A stretch of DNA of 63,864 nt, counting the filler, from Octopus bimaculoides (Eukaryota): assembly GCF_001194135.2 (NCBI RefSeq). It is 4 parts of 3 records of this genome, joined end to end, with 100 filler letters (N's around TTAATTAATTAA, not from the genome) between each part and the next. Parts side by side here need not be neighbours in the genome. Positions count along the whole stretch, not along the records: positions 20,386 to 50,029 come from NC_068989.1; positions 50,130 to 62,629 come from NC_068989.1; 2 more parts are not named here. The stretch is one strand, 5' to 3'. The position numbers and the translations under genes were made by a program. The notes below the pieces were generated by a model. That model made no database searches. It was not told the DNA's origin and saw only the letters and a program-made list of their open reading frames with translations. Of this stretch, positions 47,936 through 61,650 are shown in pieces (position 1 is the stretch's first letter; every line of letters begins with the position of its first letter).

Positions 47936-48479
47936 GTGAGATTGTGTTGATGCTGCGCACACAGAATTCTTGACCGCATTCGGAGAAAAGATATATTCAA
48001 TTGATTGGCATAAAATCTCACAAGTCTCTGGCCCTCAGACATGTCTCCTCTGTTTGCCTTTTCTACTGCTACCAAAACGGACTCTGCTAAACCTCAGTGC
48101 TGGCTGGACTCCTTCTACCTCCATTCAGCCACTCTCAATTTACTCGCCTCTCCTCTTCTCATCATCTGTGTTGTGTCATATTTATCTTTTTTGCATTTAT
48201 TTCTGTCTTAAATATCAATCTAACCATTTTTCTAACTTTTGTCTATTTGAATTTTTTTCTCTCCTGTTCATTGACACCCTTTCTCTAAAGTCTGTTTCTT
48301 TATTTAACGTGTTATTAGTATATTTAGTTCTTTTCCCATTTTCACGTTTGCCCGAATGCATTTTCATAAATCGAACTTCATATCAATTTCTATAGTACAT
48401 CTGTATACTGTCTGTAGCAGTGTTTCTAGTTGTTTAGCATTTGCAATCTACAACTTTAAGTTCCATATATTAAAAAAAA

Positions 48480-48900
48480 ATGGTTGATTCCCCCACCCCA
48501 TATCTCTCCCTTTGAACATAATGATTAAAGGTGTTAATACCAGCAGAAAAGGAATTGAAAGAAGGATTCCTTTTTGAATATTTCGCTTCTAGTAGAGATG
48601 ATATTAGTTTTCATAATTCCTTCTATTCTTCTTGGTTTCTGTAGAATTGTTTATTATTTACCTATGCTATCAGTTCTCTCCGACTCGTGGCTATTGTTGT
48701 TCAAAATCTAAAGGTGGGAATCATTGTTAAAAGCTTACTGGTAGTTAATCCATGCCATGCTAATTTTTCCATTTACAACCTTCGTTTATAACTTTATTGA
48801 TGTGAAACATAATAGCCTTTGCAGGAAGCTATCTGAATAGCAATGTGTCTTTCATTTAAATAGTCATCCTCAGAAATTGATATTTTGAATCACATAGACA
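48480..48900 (-). mobile_element. R4/Dong-like LINE RT relic
   Basis: HINKVINEGC..ISMAWINYQ*AF..SH (LIDK..NLSMAWIDYKKAYDMVPH) and a frameshifted IFQGDSLSPLLF-like stretch. Confidence 0.6.
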
Positions 48901-48934
48901 GCAAAGACCAGGCCATTCCAATCAATATTTGTTA

Positions 48935-49650
48935 CATCTCTAATGGTCCAATTAAAGTGCTTGGGGTCTGGTATGCCTAGACCTCCAGGTCGACATAAAT
49001 TGAAAAGAAATGTGACATTGAAGGTAATAAATATGAATCAGAAGTGGTCTAACATGAAACTATTCCTTAAAGGTCGGGCGTTGCTATCAAATTCCTACAT
49101 TACCCCGGCAGTATATTATTACCTAATCAATCTGACACGCAGTAGAGAATATCTTGCTTCTTGTAGAAAGTATCGGTTTTGTAGCTGAAAATCTATCAAC
49201 CCTGGCTTCTGAGTGGTGCTCTTAATGTTATGGCTGTTGAAGCAGAAGCATAGCTGAGGCTGTGAAATTTGCAAAGATTTTTAAATAGTTGTACAGTTTG
49301 TTAGACCAGGTTCCACACATTCATGCCACTGACTGAGCTGCAATAGTGGGACAAGTAAAAACCTATGATGGACCCATCGCATTCAGGGTGTTGCCAGACG
49401 TTCACAGTAACATTATCATTTCGTCTGGGGAGCATCTAGCCCTTTATTTATATAGAGGTTTAGTTGTTGTCTGGCTAAACGTTTAGCTAGATATAATCAA
49501 AAATATTCCATTCTCGGAATTTCTTTGATTATTGGTCTCCTCCATCACACTATTGCTGTTTTGCTTCATACAGTGCATTACAAAGAGATGAAGCTGCTAT
49601 TTGTAGCAAGTTCAGTTCATAGAGCGTTGGAGGAATGTCTGTCCAATAAT
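48935..49650 (+). mobile_element. L1/Tx1-group LINE ORF2 post-RT relic
   Basis: GPIKVLGVWY...DLQVDIN*...VTLKVINMNQKWSNMKLFLKGRALLSNSYITPAVYYYL. Confidence 0.7.
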
Positions 49651-49982
49651 AACCCTAGTGTTTTCTCTGGATTTCAGATAAAAGCTTAATGATATCTTTA
49701 AACGATTATGCCTCAGAGAGCATTACTGAAAAATTTTTTCTCTCCGACCAAAAGTTAATTAAATTCTTAGATGAAAAGACCGTTATGCGGTTCCCTGTGG
49801 ATTAACGTTGAACGTCTGTATTTACAGCGTCTTCGTGTGTCGTAAACCCATCTGTGATGATATGTATATAACAATATTATTATGCTTTTATTTTTACATA
49901 CAAATATACATATATACACACAAACATACATACACATATATATAATTATATATGTATGTATGTATATACACACATCTATATA

Positions 49983-50029
<47 letters not shown>

Positions 50030-50073
50030 NNNNNNNNNNNNNNNNNNNNNNNNNNNNNNNNNNNNNNNNNNNN

Positions 50074-50085
50074 TTAATTAATTAA
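50074..50085. other. Assembly linker TTAATTAATTAA
   Basis: Flanked by 44 N on each side. Confidence 0.95.
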
Positions 50086-50315
50086 NNNNNNNNNNNNNNN
50101 NNNNNNNNNNNNNNNNNNNNNNNNNNNNNGGTGAAAATGTAAAGAAGAACAGGACAGTGAGAACAAACAGCAAAAGACAGTAAAAACAAGACAGAACTGA
50201 AATATATATATATATATATATGCTTGCATATTTACGCACATACATAGAAACATCTATCTTCTTGCCTGCCTGCTAGTCATCCATCCATCCGTCCATCCAT
50301 CCATCCAACCATGCA

Positions 50316-50356
<41 letters not shown>

Positions 50357-51496
50357 TTCTCTCTCTCCTTCTCTCTCTCTCTCTCTCTCTTTTATCTATT
50401 TGTATCACACACGAATGTATATAAGATTGTGTCTACGCATAGGTCGGCAATTGTTGTGAGGTCATCAATAATTCCTAAAACACATCTCTAGCTGGCAGGC
50501 ATTAAAGAAATAACAATACCGAAAAGGTGAACAGCTTGCGATGTTTTCCAATATCAACCACTGCTTCGTATGAGACTAATGAAATACTAATGTCGTTTGA
50601 ATAGAGTGTATTTTGCAGCATACATTGTGTCTATTACAAAAGCCTGACAATAGCAAATGGCTTTATGTTCATATATATGAATATACAATGCATGCATATA
50701 CACACACATACTGACACACAGGCACGCACAGAAACGCACACAAGCGCACACACACATATACACAAACGCGTGCGTAGTTGTAGGTTCCTGCCACCTACAT
50801 CAATGTAACTAAGTCTATCGTTGGGCTTCCTATAGGGTTTGTAAATATTCGTTTTTAAAAAGTTCCTGCCACCCCGCCCCATAATGTTTAAGAATCTAGT
50901 TAAGAATATTAGTAGGAGAGTTTCTAGCCTCTCCTCTGAAATAAACATATTTAATAATGTTGCCCCAATATATAACAGAGCCTTTAAATATAGCGGATTT
51001 AGTTTTACCATTTCTTTTTCTTACACAAGCCCAACGTCGCTTACTTTTAGCCCAACTAAGCATTTATATGTATTTATGCTACTCATTTGCCCTTCTTTTG
51101 ATATTAAAAAAAATATTTTCTTTATATTTTGTCATGTTTGGCTTATTTTCTTAAATTCTAAAAGTATTTTCGTTTGAAATATTTCCTTGGATACAAAATA
51201 TCACAACTGTTCCAATACATTATTCTGTTTTGTTCAACTTCATTTTATTTGGCCTTCATGTTTGTTTTGTTTGGCAACAACAACAAAATGTATTATCCAA
51301 CATATTTCATAAATTTTGAAACGTCCGACCACCCCAAACTATCCAATCAGCTTTAGATATATATTTGATTATTTACCGAATAACTATCACTGCACTATTT
51401 ATAAACGTTTATAAAAATTGACTTCAGTCAAATGATCGGTTACGTGAAACTCAAACTAACGGATTCTGAAATTTTTCAGCTGCAGGAAAAATACCG

Positions 51497-51505
51497 ATGA
51501 TGATA

Positions 51506-51549
<44 letters not shown>

Positions 51550-51553
51550 AATG

Positions 51554-51615
<62 letters not shown>

Positions 51616-51617
51616 CA
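51497..51617. repeat. (GAT)n(AAT)n compound trinucleotide microsatellite
   Basis: Direct reading. Confidence 0.95.
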
Positions 51618-51724
51618 TAATTCACATACACATATGTACATGTATGTTATATGTATACATATATATTTCTGAAGTTGTGAGTTTGTGGAATTTCTCAGCT
51701 GCAATATGTGTATGTCTATATATC

Positions 51725-51756
<32 letters not shown>

Positions 51757-52001
51757 TGTATGTATGTATGTATGTATATATACATATATGTGTGTGTGTG
51801 TGTGTGAGTATGTATAACATATGTATATAGGTTCATATTTGTATGTATACATGTATATATATNNNNNNNNNNNNNNNNNNNNNNNNNNNNNNNNNNNNNN
51901 NNNNNNNNNNNNNNNNNNNNNNNNNNNNNNNNNNNNNNNNNNNNNNNTATATATATGTATATATATATATATGTATATATATATATAGATAGATATATGT
52001 A

Positions 52002-52076
<75 letters not shown>

Positions 52077-52597
52077 ATGTATGTACATATATGCATATAC
52101 TCAACGGATTCAGTTGGGAAATTAACCTGATATTGCGTTATGAAAAATGCACCAAGGCAACATATGAAAAAAAATCATAATATTATATAAAGAAAGAAAT
52201 ATAGAAGTATTATTCCAAAAAACACTTAAAAATGATAAGAATTAATGACCTAGACATTGTATAACACACGCAAATGGTTTGGAAAAAATATTATGGCCGC
52301 ATTAAATTCATACTTAGAAAAAAATATCTAAATGCCAAAAAAATATAAGGCAGTTATTCTTAATATTTTATCTAGGTGTTTAAGTAAAAAGTTACAGTTA
52401 TAATATCGTGAACTGGAAGTTAAGGTGAATTAGCAAGACTAGACAGGAAAACATGAAATATAATGACTACGGTTCGAATACATTATCTAAAAATCTGACA
52501 TAGAAATATATTTATCAAGAATACAAGGAGGGTGAGGAATTTTGTAAACAATCACAAAAACATGAACAAATAAACAAGAACTATTTACTGTCTCCAG

Positions 52598-52669
52598 GGA
52601 AGAAGTCAAGAAATGAGAAAAAGAAAACGAAAAAAAAAATGGTGAAGTCAGATGAAGTAACAGACATTT
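52598..52669 (+). CDS. Candidate internal exon (GKKSRNEKKKTKKKMVKSDEVTDI)
   Basis: TTTACTGTCTCCAG acceptor and TTT|GTGAGT donor; 72 nt; only phase 1 is open. Confidence 0.4.
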
Positions 52670-53758
52670 GTGAGTAAAACGGTAAAACAACAGAAAATAT
52701 TTTGCAAAAAAAAAAAAAAGAACTAAATTGAAATTGGCATTATGAAATATCAGTCTGTGGCTAGAAAAGTCTAAAAGTTATCATATCGCAGCAAATATGT
52801 GACAAACACAGAGCAGAGCGGTTTCAGAGAATGGCAAACTGAACACATTATTGAATATCAAGATTATCAGAGATAGGGAGATTAACGTTAATCGCACCAA
52901 AAAATGTTGTCAAGGACCACCAGAAAAGTAAAAGTTTCTTATATACGTGTCAAATACAGGCCGTATAGTAAAAAAAAAAGAAAAATGTTTCTACCGTAAA
53001 CACGCTATCCTGAGTTCGGTTCCGCTGCATAACCTAAGATTGTTAATGAGATTTCGTAAGTCTGAACTGTGATGATCCCTCCCCCACACGCACACAGACA
53101 CACGCACGCACACAGACACATACAGAGAGGCATACACACACAAACATACATACATAAGTACATACTGGTGTAGCAAGATACATACCCATATCGTCTGGAG
53201 CAAAATATGGCTGAAATTAGGTTCTTGGGGAGAACATGGAAATCCTTAATTCATGCACTAAGAAGGATCATGATATCTGGCAAAATGAAAATCTGCAACA
53301 CTTTCTTAAGATTTAGTGGACAATGAACAAAACAAGATTCTTTCCTTCGCAACCTTGCTACCAAGTATTTAGCCAACCCAAATTTAAAAAGAGAAAAAGT
53401 CCGTCAGTCCACCCATCCAACCATCCATCCATCCATCCATACATCCATAACCACCCACCCACCCAAACCTGCCTACCTACCTACCTACCTACCTACCTAC
53501 ATACATACATACATACATACATGCATATATATATATAAATTCATATATATGACATATTTTTACAAAAGAGGAGTGACAGTGACTTCGCAGGATCTCGTGC
53601 TCCATTATGACCGCAGTTCTCTTGAACTAATAATTGAATAAAAGCGTCTAAGTGCATATGTACACACACAACATACATACACAAACACACACATATACAT
53701 ATATATTCATACAGAGCTATATACATGTATATATGTGCATATGTATGGAAATATGTGT

Positions 53759-53800
<42 letters not shown>

Positions 53801-54162
53801 GCATAGATTCGCATGTGCATACCATAGTGTATGATTATAGACCTAACAAACGAGTCTATTATTGATGGATTGGAGATCTTTCTCGTTTTTATTCATCGAC
53901 GCGATTACTGCCGCCATTTCTCAGAGATTTCTCTGTTCAGCTCTGGAAGCAATTCTGTCTTTGATGGCTTTTACCGTTTTATATATGGAGCGAGCGAAAC
54001 GTTATTGTGCTTCCTGACAGGGTGTCTGCAAATCATGGACGTCGCAATATTGGCAGATAGTTTTTATCTTAACCGAGATCAGAATCTAATGTCCGTGTGT
54101 ATACATGCATGTATGCATACATACATACGTACATACATACACAGACACACACAGACACACAC

Positions 54163-54207
<45 letters not shown>

Positions 54208-54599
54208 CATGCCTTTATATATACATATAGGTATATGTATACANNNNNNNNNNTCTATCTATCTATATATATATATATTTATATATATATGCAGAAAGAG
54301 AGGGGGAGAGAGAGAGAGTGAGAGGAGATTGCGATACATACACTTAAGTATGTCTGTATTTGTGTTTGTATATATGTGTGTTTATGTGTGTGTTATGTGT
54401 GTGTGATGTGAATGGATGTGTGTGTAACGATGTACAGTTTTCGTCAGTAGCGAAAGAATGAAATGTTTGGAACGAGGGATGCGATGAAGGCAGGATCAAA
54501 TGTAAACATTTGCAAAGAAAAAAAAAAAACAAGGAAAAAATCAAATGCAAATGTAAAAAGCTGCATAGGCTGTAGAATAGAAGAAAATATATCAATATT

Positions 54600-54870
54600 A
54601 TCGTTAACAATAATGATAATAATAATAATAATAATAATGATAATAATGATGATGATGATGATGATGTTGATGACGATGATGATGACGACGATGATGATGA
54701 TGATGATGATGATGATAACAGCAACAACAACAGCAACAACATCAACAACAACAACAATAATACTAATAATATTAATAATAATGATAATAATAATAGTAAT
54801 AATACTACTACTAATAATAATGATAATAATAATAATAGCTATAATACTAATAATAATAATAATGATAATA
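54600..54870. repeat. Degenerate (AAT/GAT/AAC)n trinucleotide array
   Basis: Direct reading; 5' flank of an RLE LINE. Confidence 0.9.
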
Positions 54871-54871
54871 A

Positions 54872-55914
54872 TTATCTTGCTGCACAAGACCAAAGCCTCC
54901 CCACCAGAAATTACCAAAAACACATAATGAAAAGAAATATAACAAGTAACTGTAGAATATGTGGAGATGGACAAGAAACAATAAATCATATNNNNNNNNN
55001 NNNNNNNNNNNNNNNNNNNNNNNNNNNNNNNNNNNNNNNNNNNNNNNNNNNNNNNNNNNNNNNNNNNNNNNNNNNNNNNNNNNNNNNNNNNNNNNNNNNN
55101 NNNNNNNNNNNNNNNNNNNNNNNNNNNNNNNNNNNNNNNNNNNNNNNNNNNNNNNNNNNNNNNNNNNNNNNNNNNNNNNNNNNNNNNNNNNNNNNNNNNN
55201 NNNNNNNNNNNNNNNNNNNNNNNNNNNNNNNNNNNNNNNNNNNNNNNNNNNNNNNNNNNNNNNNNNNNNNNNNNNNNNNNNNNNNNNNNNNNNNNNNNNN
55301 NNNNNNNNNNNNNNNNNNNNNNNNNNNNNNNNNNNNNNNNNNNNNNNNNNNNNNNNNNNNNNNNNNNNNNNNNNNNNNNNNNNNNNNNNNNNNNNNNNNN
55401 NNNNNNNNNNNNNNNNNNNNNNNNNNNNNNNNNNNNNNNNNNNNNNNNNNNNNNNNNNNNNNNNNNNNNNNNNNNNNNNNNNNNNNNNNNNNNNNNNNNN
55501 NNNNNNNNNNNNNNNNNNNNNNNNNNNNNNNNNNNNNNNNNNNNNNNNNNNNNNNNNNNNNNNNNNNNNNNNNNNNNNNNNNNNNNNNNNNNNNNNNNNN
55601 NNNNNNNNNNNNNNNNNNNNNNNNNNNNNNNNNNNNNNNNNNNNNNNNNNNNNNNNNNNNNNNNNNNNNNNNNNNNNNNNNNNNNNGTATAATAAAAAAA
55701 TATTCAGACAAATACATAACAAAAACACCAGGACTTACAAATATATATAACATACAGAAAATTGCACTACTGGGTACTGCACACATTCTACGCAAAACAC
55801 TTTCAATACAGTAAACATAAGAGCACCACAGCAAACCACAGCACATACCCAAGGCGCACAGAGCTGCGCTCGGTAGTGAAGTGAAAGCACGTTATAAAAA
55901 TAAAACTACTGAAC
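54872..55914 (+). mobile_element. 5'-truncated R4/Dong-like LINE (zinc knuckle to 3' UTR; middle in N gap)
   Basis: LAAQDQSLPTRNYQKHIMKRNITSNCRICGDGQETINH...IQKIALLGTAHILRKTLSIQ*, then a short 3' UTR and an (AAT)n tail. Confidence 0.9.
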
Positions 55915-55933
55915 AATAATAATAATAATAATA

Positions 55934-56003
<70 letters not shown>

Positions 56004-56027
56004 CGATGATGATGACGGTGATGATAA

Positions 56028-56749
56028 TATCCGCCGTGCCGCATCTGTAATAGTGGAGGAACCCATTGTCCATATCACAAAAGAATGCTCTAGACTTGCC
56101 CAAAACCAGTACAAGTTGTGGCGACATGATGAGGTAGCGGAAGTACTACGCTGGAAATTGTGCAAAGCGTGGGGGACTAGAGAAGGGCAAGATGTGGTAT
56201 AAACCGCAGAGAGTGGCGGAGTCGGAGACTAGCGAAATCCTTTGGGATTTCCCAATCCAAAGAGATCACGTGCTAGAGCATAACAGACCGGACCTAGCGG
56301 TGGTGGACAAAGTGCACCACATGTGCTATATAGATGATGATGCATACCCATTTGATCCACGAACAGTCAAGAAGGAAAGCGAAAAGATAAGTGCAACCCT
56401 CTTAAGTACGAGAGAGCCTGATTATAGAAAATGAAGAAGGTGAAGATAGTGCCAATTATTGTTGGGTCCTTGGGGACAGTATCAGAAGGAATCAAGGGGA
56501 ATGTAAAGGAAATTGGAAAAGAATTCTCAGGAAAACTGTTACAAAAGGTTTGCCCCCTTGGCACAGCCAGAATAACCAGGAAAGTATTAGGTAGCTGAAA
56601 AGAACTAATAGCATGGTACCGTAAGTCGAATGTAGTAAACCTGCTACGCATGCAAGACTCCAGGAGCTCCGACTAAACCTGTGATAAATGGTTTTGGTGA
56701 TATTATGGTGAAAATAACAACTATAACAACAACAATAATAATAATTATA

Positions 56750-56750
<1 letters not shown>
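56028..56750 (+). mobile_element. 5'-truncated R4/Dong-like LINE of a second subfamily (CCHC plus restriction-like endonuclease), frameshifted
   Basis: CRIC/EEPIVHITKEC...WRHDEVA...ILWDFPIQRDHVLEHNRPDLAVVDK...IVPIIVGSLG...LGTARITRKVL*, then an (AAC/AAT)n tail. Confidence 0.92.
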
Positions 56751-56805
<55 letters not shown>

Positions 56806-57841
56806 GGGGATACGTATATAGATGTATATATGTGCAACATATACTCACATCCACATTTTCATCTGCCTATAGTCATTTAGTAACCATATACAGCAGACGT
56901 TCTCATTAGTAATATATAAACGTGATGCTTGGCATCTATTAACCGGCTTATAGTAGCATCTTTTGTGTTTTCTCGTGTAAATGACAATCCGTTGACCATT
57001 TCAAAAGACACACTTAACCGACTGACACAAACCGACCTGTGACAACCGATTATGTCTACAAGCTTCAGTTCGAAGATTCACATAGAAAGTAAAGAAAACT
57101 TGAGTAGCGTTAGAGTAATTATCACTCTAAGCATATTTATAAACACTGCAGTACATATTGATTAATAACCCCCTCACTCGCACGTCCATTACCTGTGTAT
57201 CGCAAAAGCACGTAGAAAAAAAAAGTTGACCTAATGGCACCCGGGTACTTGAAAGTTAAATAATTAGATAGACAGACAGGTCAATGGATTTCGTACGTGA
57301 CAATAGTTAGATAGACTGAAAAATGATAGAGTAAGGAAGGCAGCTCTCCTAGTAGAAAAATACACTGGCATAGAATTTGTGGTCGAAATAGTACTGGTCG
57401 TTTGTTAATGGAGCCTACAATGGCGACCGAGTGAGTGGCTGTAGTGTTGTAGTAGTAGCTTTGTCACTGAAATCTAACGACATACATATGTCTCGCTCTC
57501 AAGTGAGACAACTATCACCTGACATAATGTGGCAATCATCATATATATATATAAATCAAACACACAGTCGCACGCACGCACACACACACACACACACATA
57601 CACACACACAGACACACACGCACACACACACACACATACGCACATCAATAACGTAGAAAATTGGATTCAGTGAATCAAGAGAAACTTGCAGGAAGCATCT
57701 AATACATACATACATGAATGCCTAAATACATACATACATACATACATACGTACAAACATACATACATACATGCCTATATACATACATACTTACATACATA
57801 TATACATACGTATATACATACGTACATACATACGCACACAC

Positions 57842-57872
<31 letters not shown>

Positions 57873-57931
57873 CACTCACCTGTTTATATATATATATACA
57901 TATATATACACATACACACATCTATATGTCC

Positions 57932-57969
<38 letters not shown>

Positions 57970-58000
57970 TTATCTATCTGTCTGTCTGTTTATCTATCTG

Positions 58001-58048
<48 letters not shown>

Positions 58049-58199
58049 CACATACACATATGTATACTTACCTACACAGAGGCACATATACACACATATA
58101 TAAACCTAAATGTGCCAAGCTATCTTCTATCTACGTATCACTTTGTATATATCTATATAAACAGAGAAAGATCGAGAGTAGGAGACAAGAAATATGTAA

Positions 58200-58240
<41 letters not shown>

Positions 58241-59410
58241 AACTGTAGCTAATTAAACCATTCATCTATATCAAACACATTCGAAATAGAGTCTGAAAAG
58301 AAATTCGTAGACTTTTCCAAGAGTCGATACTTTAAAAGTGTTGATTAGTAAGATATTTGTATCCTTGTGTAGATAATGTAATGTATTGATATTCACACTT
58401 TTGTTAGTTTGATTAAAGAAGTACGAAAAATGCCGTATTTTTCTGACAATATTCTGACGGTAATGTGCAATAAATACACACAGACAGACAGATAGATAGA
58501 CAGAAAGAAAGAGAGATAGACACACACACACTCATATAAGCGAGCAATAAAGAGAATCTTGAGCGCAGAATTATTGTGGAGACAGCTTAGAAGATCGTTT
58601 AAATATCCTTAGAAGACGGGAAAATTGTGTGCTTCGAATGCTGTACATCTCAGATTCCAGTGAAAATTCCGTACCGTAGAGTCAAACGACCCCTACGTAC
58701 AAACTCCCTCTTTTATAACCCTGAATGATAGCTTTGGAATGTGAGAACATTTTTTTAGAAACAAAGTTAAAAGCACCGATCAATCGGTATTTTACGGAAA
58801 AGATAGGAGAGCTCGAAAGCAGGATAACTNNNNNNNNNNNNNNNNNNNNNNNNNNNNNNNNNNNNNNNNNNNNNNNNNNNNNNNNNNNNNNNNNNNNNNN
58901 NNNNNNNNNNNNNNNNNNNNNNNNNNNNNNNNNNNNNNNNNNNNNNNNNNNNNNNNNNNNNNNNNNNNNNNNNNNNNNNNNNNNNNNNNNNNNNNNNNNN
59001 NNNNNNNNNNNNNNNNNNNNNNNNNNNNNNNNNNNNNNNNNNNNNNNNNNNNNNNNNNNNNNNNNNNNNNNNNNNNNNNNNNNNNNNNNNNNNNNNNNNN
59101 NNNNNNNNNNNNNNNNNNNNNNNNNNNNNNNNNNNNNNNNNNNNNNNNNNNNNNNNNNNNNNNNNNNNNNNNNNNNNNNNNNNNNNNNNNNNNNNNNNNN
59201 NNNNNNNNNNNNNNNNNNNNNNNNNNNNNNNNNNNNNNNNNNNNNNNNNNNNNNNNNNNNNNNNNNNNNNNNNNNNNNNNNNNNNNNNNNNNNNNNNNNN
59301 NNNNNNNNNNNNNNNNNNNNNNNNNNNNNNNNNNNNNNNNNNNNNNNNNNNNNNNNNNNNNNNNNNNNNNNNNNNNNNNNNNNNNNNNNNNNNNNNNNNN
59401 NNNNNNNNNN

Positions 59411-59457
<47 letters not shown>

Positions 59458-59707
59458 TATACAGGAGGGCGCTGTATATTCCAGGGGTAACTTATTAGAT
59501 TAAAACATTTGTTCGGGAATTATGCCTGTGTGTAAGATTTACCTGTGTGTATGTGTATGTATATATATATATTTATATCTATCTATCTATCTATCTATCT
59601 ACATACATATATACATACACACACACAGACACACACACACACAGACACACACACATATATATGCTTTTACTGCGATGGTTTTGTTAATCTGACAGAAATA
59701 TGTAGGT

Positions 59708-59781
59708 TTGTGTGTTAGTGTAACGGTAGCACACTTAATCGCGTAAACAAAGAAGTGTGGGTTCGAGTCCCAAGCGTACAG
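59708..59781 (+). other. Degenerate tRNA-like sequence (SINE head or tRNA pseudogene)
   Basis: A box TAGTGTAACGG and B box GGTTCGAGTCC at tRNA-like spacing; acceptor and anticodon stems do not pair. Confidence 0.45.
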
Positions 59782-59924
59782 GAAGACCTACATTTGTCTG
59801 TCGAGGGCTTGCATGCCCCTTTATTAGACTATTTTCTTTAATCATTGCGTAGCGATCGCTTATACGTATTAAGCTTATAAAATACTATTATATATATATG
59901 TGTATGTATGTATATATATTTTTG

Positions 59925-60095
59925 TTTAAATCCTTTTACTCCGGTCATGCTGGAGCACCGCCTTTAGTCGAACAAATCGACCCCAGTACATATTCTTTGT
60001 AAGCCCAGTGCTTATTCTATCGGTCTCTGTTGCCAGACCACTAAGTTACGGGAACATAAACACACCAACATCGGTTGTCAAAGGATGGTGGGGGA
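59925..60095 (-). mobile_element. SINE family A, 3' part
   Basis: CATGCTGGAGCACCGCCTTTAGTCGAACAAATCGACCCCAG...CATCGGTTGTCAA. Confidence 0.85.
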
Positions 60096-60121
60096 CACAC
60101 AGACACACACACAGACACACA

Positions 60122-60176
<55 letters not shown>

Positions 60177-60830
60177 ACACGCACACACACACACACACAA
60201 TCTGGTAAAGCAGTATGTATAGCTTTTCCACGTCAAACTATACCTGGTTTTGTGCTTTCGTCAATTTAGTTTCTCCCGCGTTGACAGAAAGACAGTTTGT
60301 AATTAATTATACGCATAAAAACCGAGCAAATAGATGCAGCTCATATGAGCCCGAGTTAATGAGTTAATTTGAACTCAGAACGAAAAGGTAAAGAAAATGT
60401 TGCTAAGCTCGCCACCTTAAATCTTATCAGAAATATAACATCCTTCTAAATAGATACACATCAATAAGGATGTTTTTAACCTCGTGTTTATAATTATAAA
60501 TAAGTAAACAGTTTTTTTTTTGTTTATAAGCGCCGAAATGTACACAGTAATCCGTGGCCATATCACGGTTCGCCTTCCGTCGCCATATCACGGTTCACCT
60601 TTGGTGCATCAGGTATTTCGTTGATATTTCCTGTTGCTGGATTGCTAACGCATACCCTTCAAAGTCGGAGGTAGTAATCCGGCTATTGGTTCATGATAGA
60701 CTACTTTGATGATCATCTCGGAGTTTTTTACTGTGTTTGTGTGGCTGTGTTTGTCTTCGGTGCTAAAAAATACTGTCACCAAATCAGCTTGAATGATCAC
60801 TCAACGGTACCAACTCATCTGCATTCAGTT

Positions 60831-60894
60831 AGCTGCGCCCAAATGGCTGCGCCGAAACGGCTGCGCCCAAACGGCTGCACCAAAACAGCTACAC
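60831..60894. repeat. 14-bp GC-rich tandem repeat (about 4.5 copies)
   Basis: (A/G)GCTGC(G/A)CC(C/G/A)AAA(C/T) units at 60831, 60845, 60859 and 60873. Confidence 0.85.
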
Positions 60895-61211
60895 ACAATA
60901 GTCTCATTCAGCACTTTCATTATACGCATGGCAGACCTGGTAGAGTATCGGTCAAAATATATCGCAGTATTTACGCTCCTTGATGTTCGGAGTTGAAATC
61001 TCTTCGGCATTGATATGTGTATACATATATATATATATTCATGATCGATAAAATTAATTAATAATGTACTGAAAGATATTATATAGATTATAACCAAATT
61101 TGGAATGTATTATTCTAATAAATATAAAGCAAAGTGTGTTTTTCAATTATATATTAAAAGTATTTTGCAAACAGAAAATGCATTAACGAAAATATATGCG
61201 TATTATGTATT

Positions 61212-61283
<72 letters not shown>

Positions 61284-61604
61284 NNNNNNNNNNNNNNNNN
61301 NNNNNNNNNNNNNNNNNNNNNNNNNNNNNNNNNNNNNNNNNNNNNNNNNNNNNNNNNNNNNNNNNNNNNNNNNNNNNNNNNNNNNNNNNNNNNNNNNNNN
61401 NNNNNNNNNNNNNNNNNNNNNNNNNNNNNNNNNNNNNNNNNNNNNNNNNNNNNNNNNNNNNNNNNNNNNNNNNNNNNNNNNNNNNNNNNNNNNNNNNNNN
61501 NNNNNNNNNNNNNNNNNNNNNNNNNNNNNNNNNNNNNNNNNNNNNNNNNNNNNNNNNNNNNNNNNNNNNNNNNNNNNNNNNNNNNNNNNNNNNNNNNNNN
61601 NNNN

Positions 61605-61650
<46 letters not shown>

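Noticed and set aside
52735-52759. 23/25 match to the reverse complement of 35045-35069 (GCATT.TGAAATATCAGTCTGTG)
   Set aside because: It is short and AT-rich, does not extend, and is plausible by chance or as a tiny repeat relic.
57408-57436. ATG...ACAATGGCGACCGA|GTGAGT possible start exon
   Set aside because: It is only 8 codons with no convincing downstream exon or promoter evidence.
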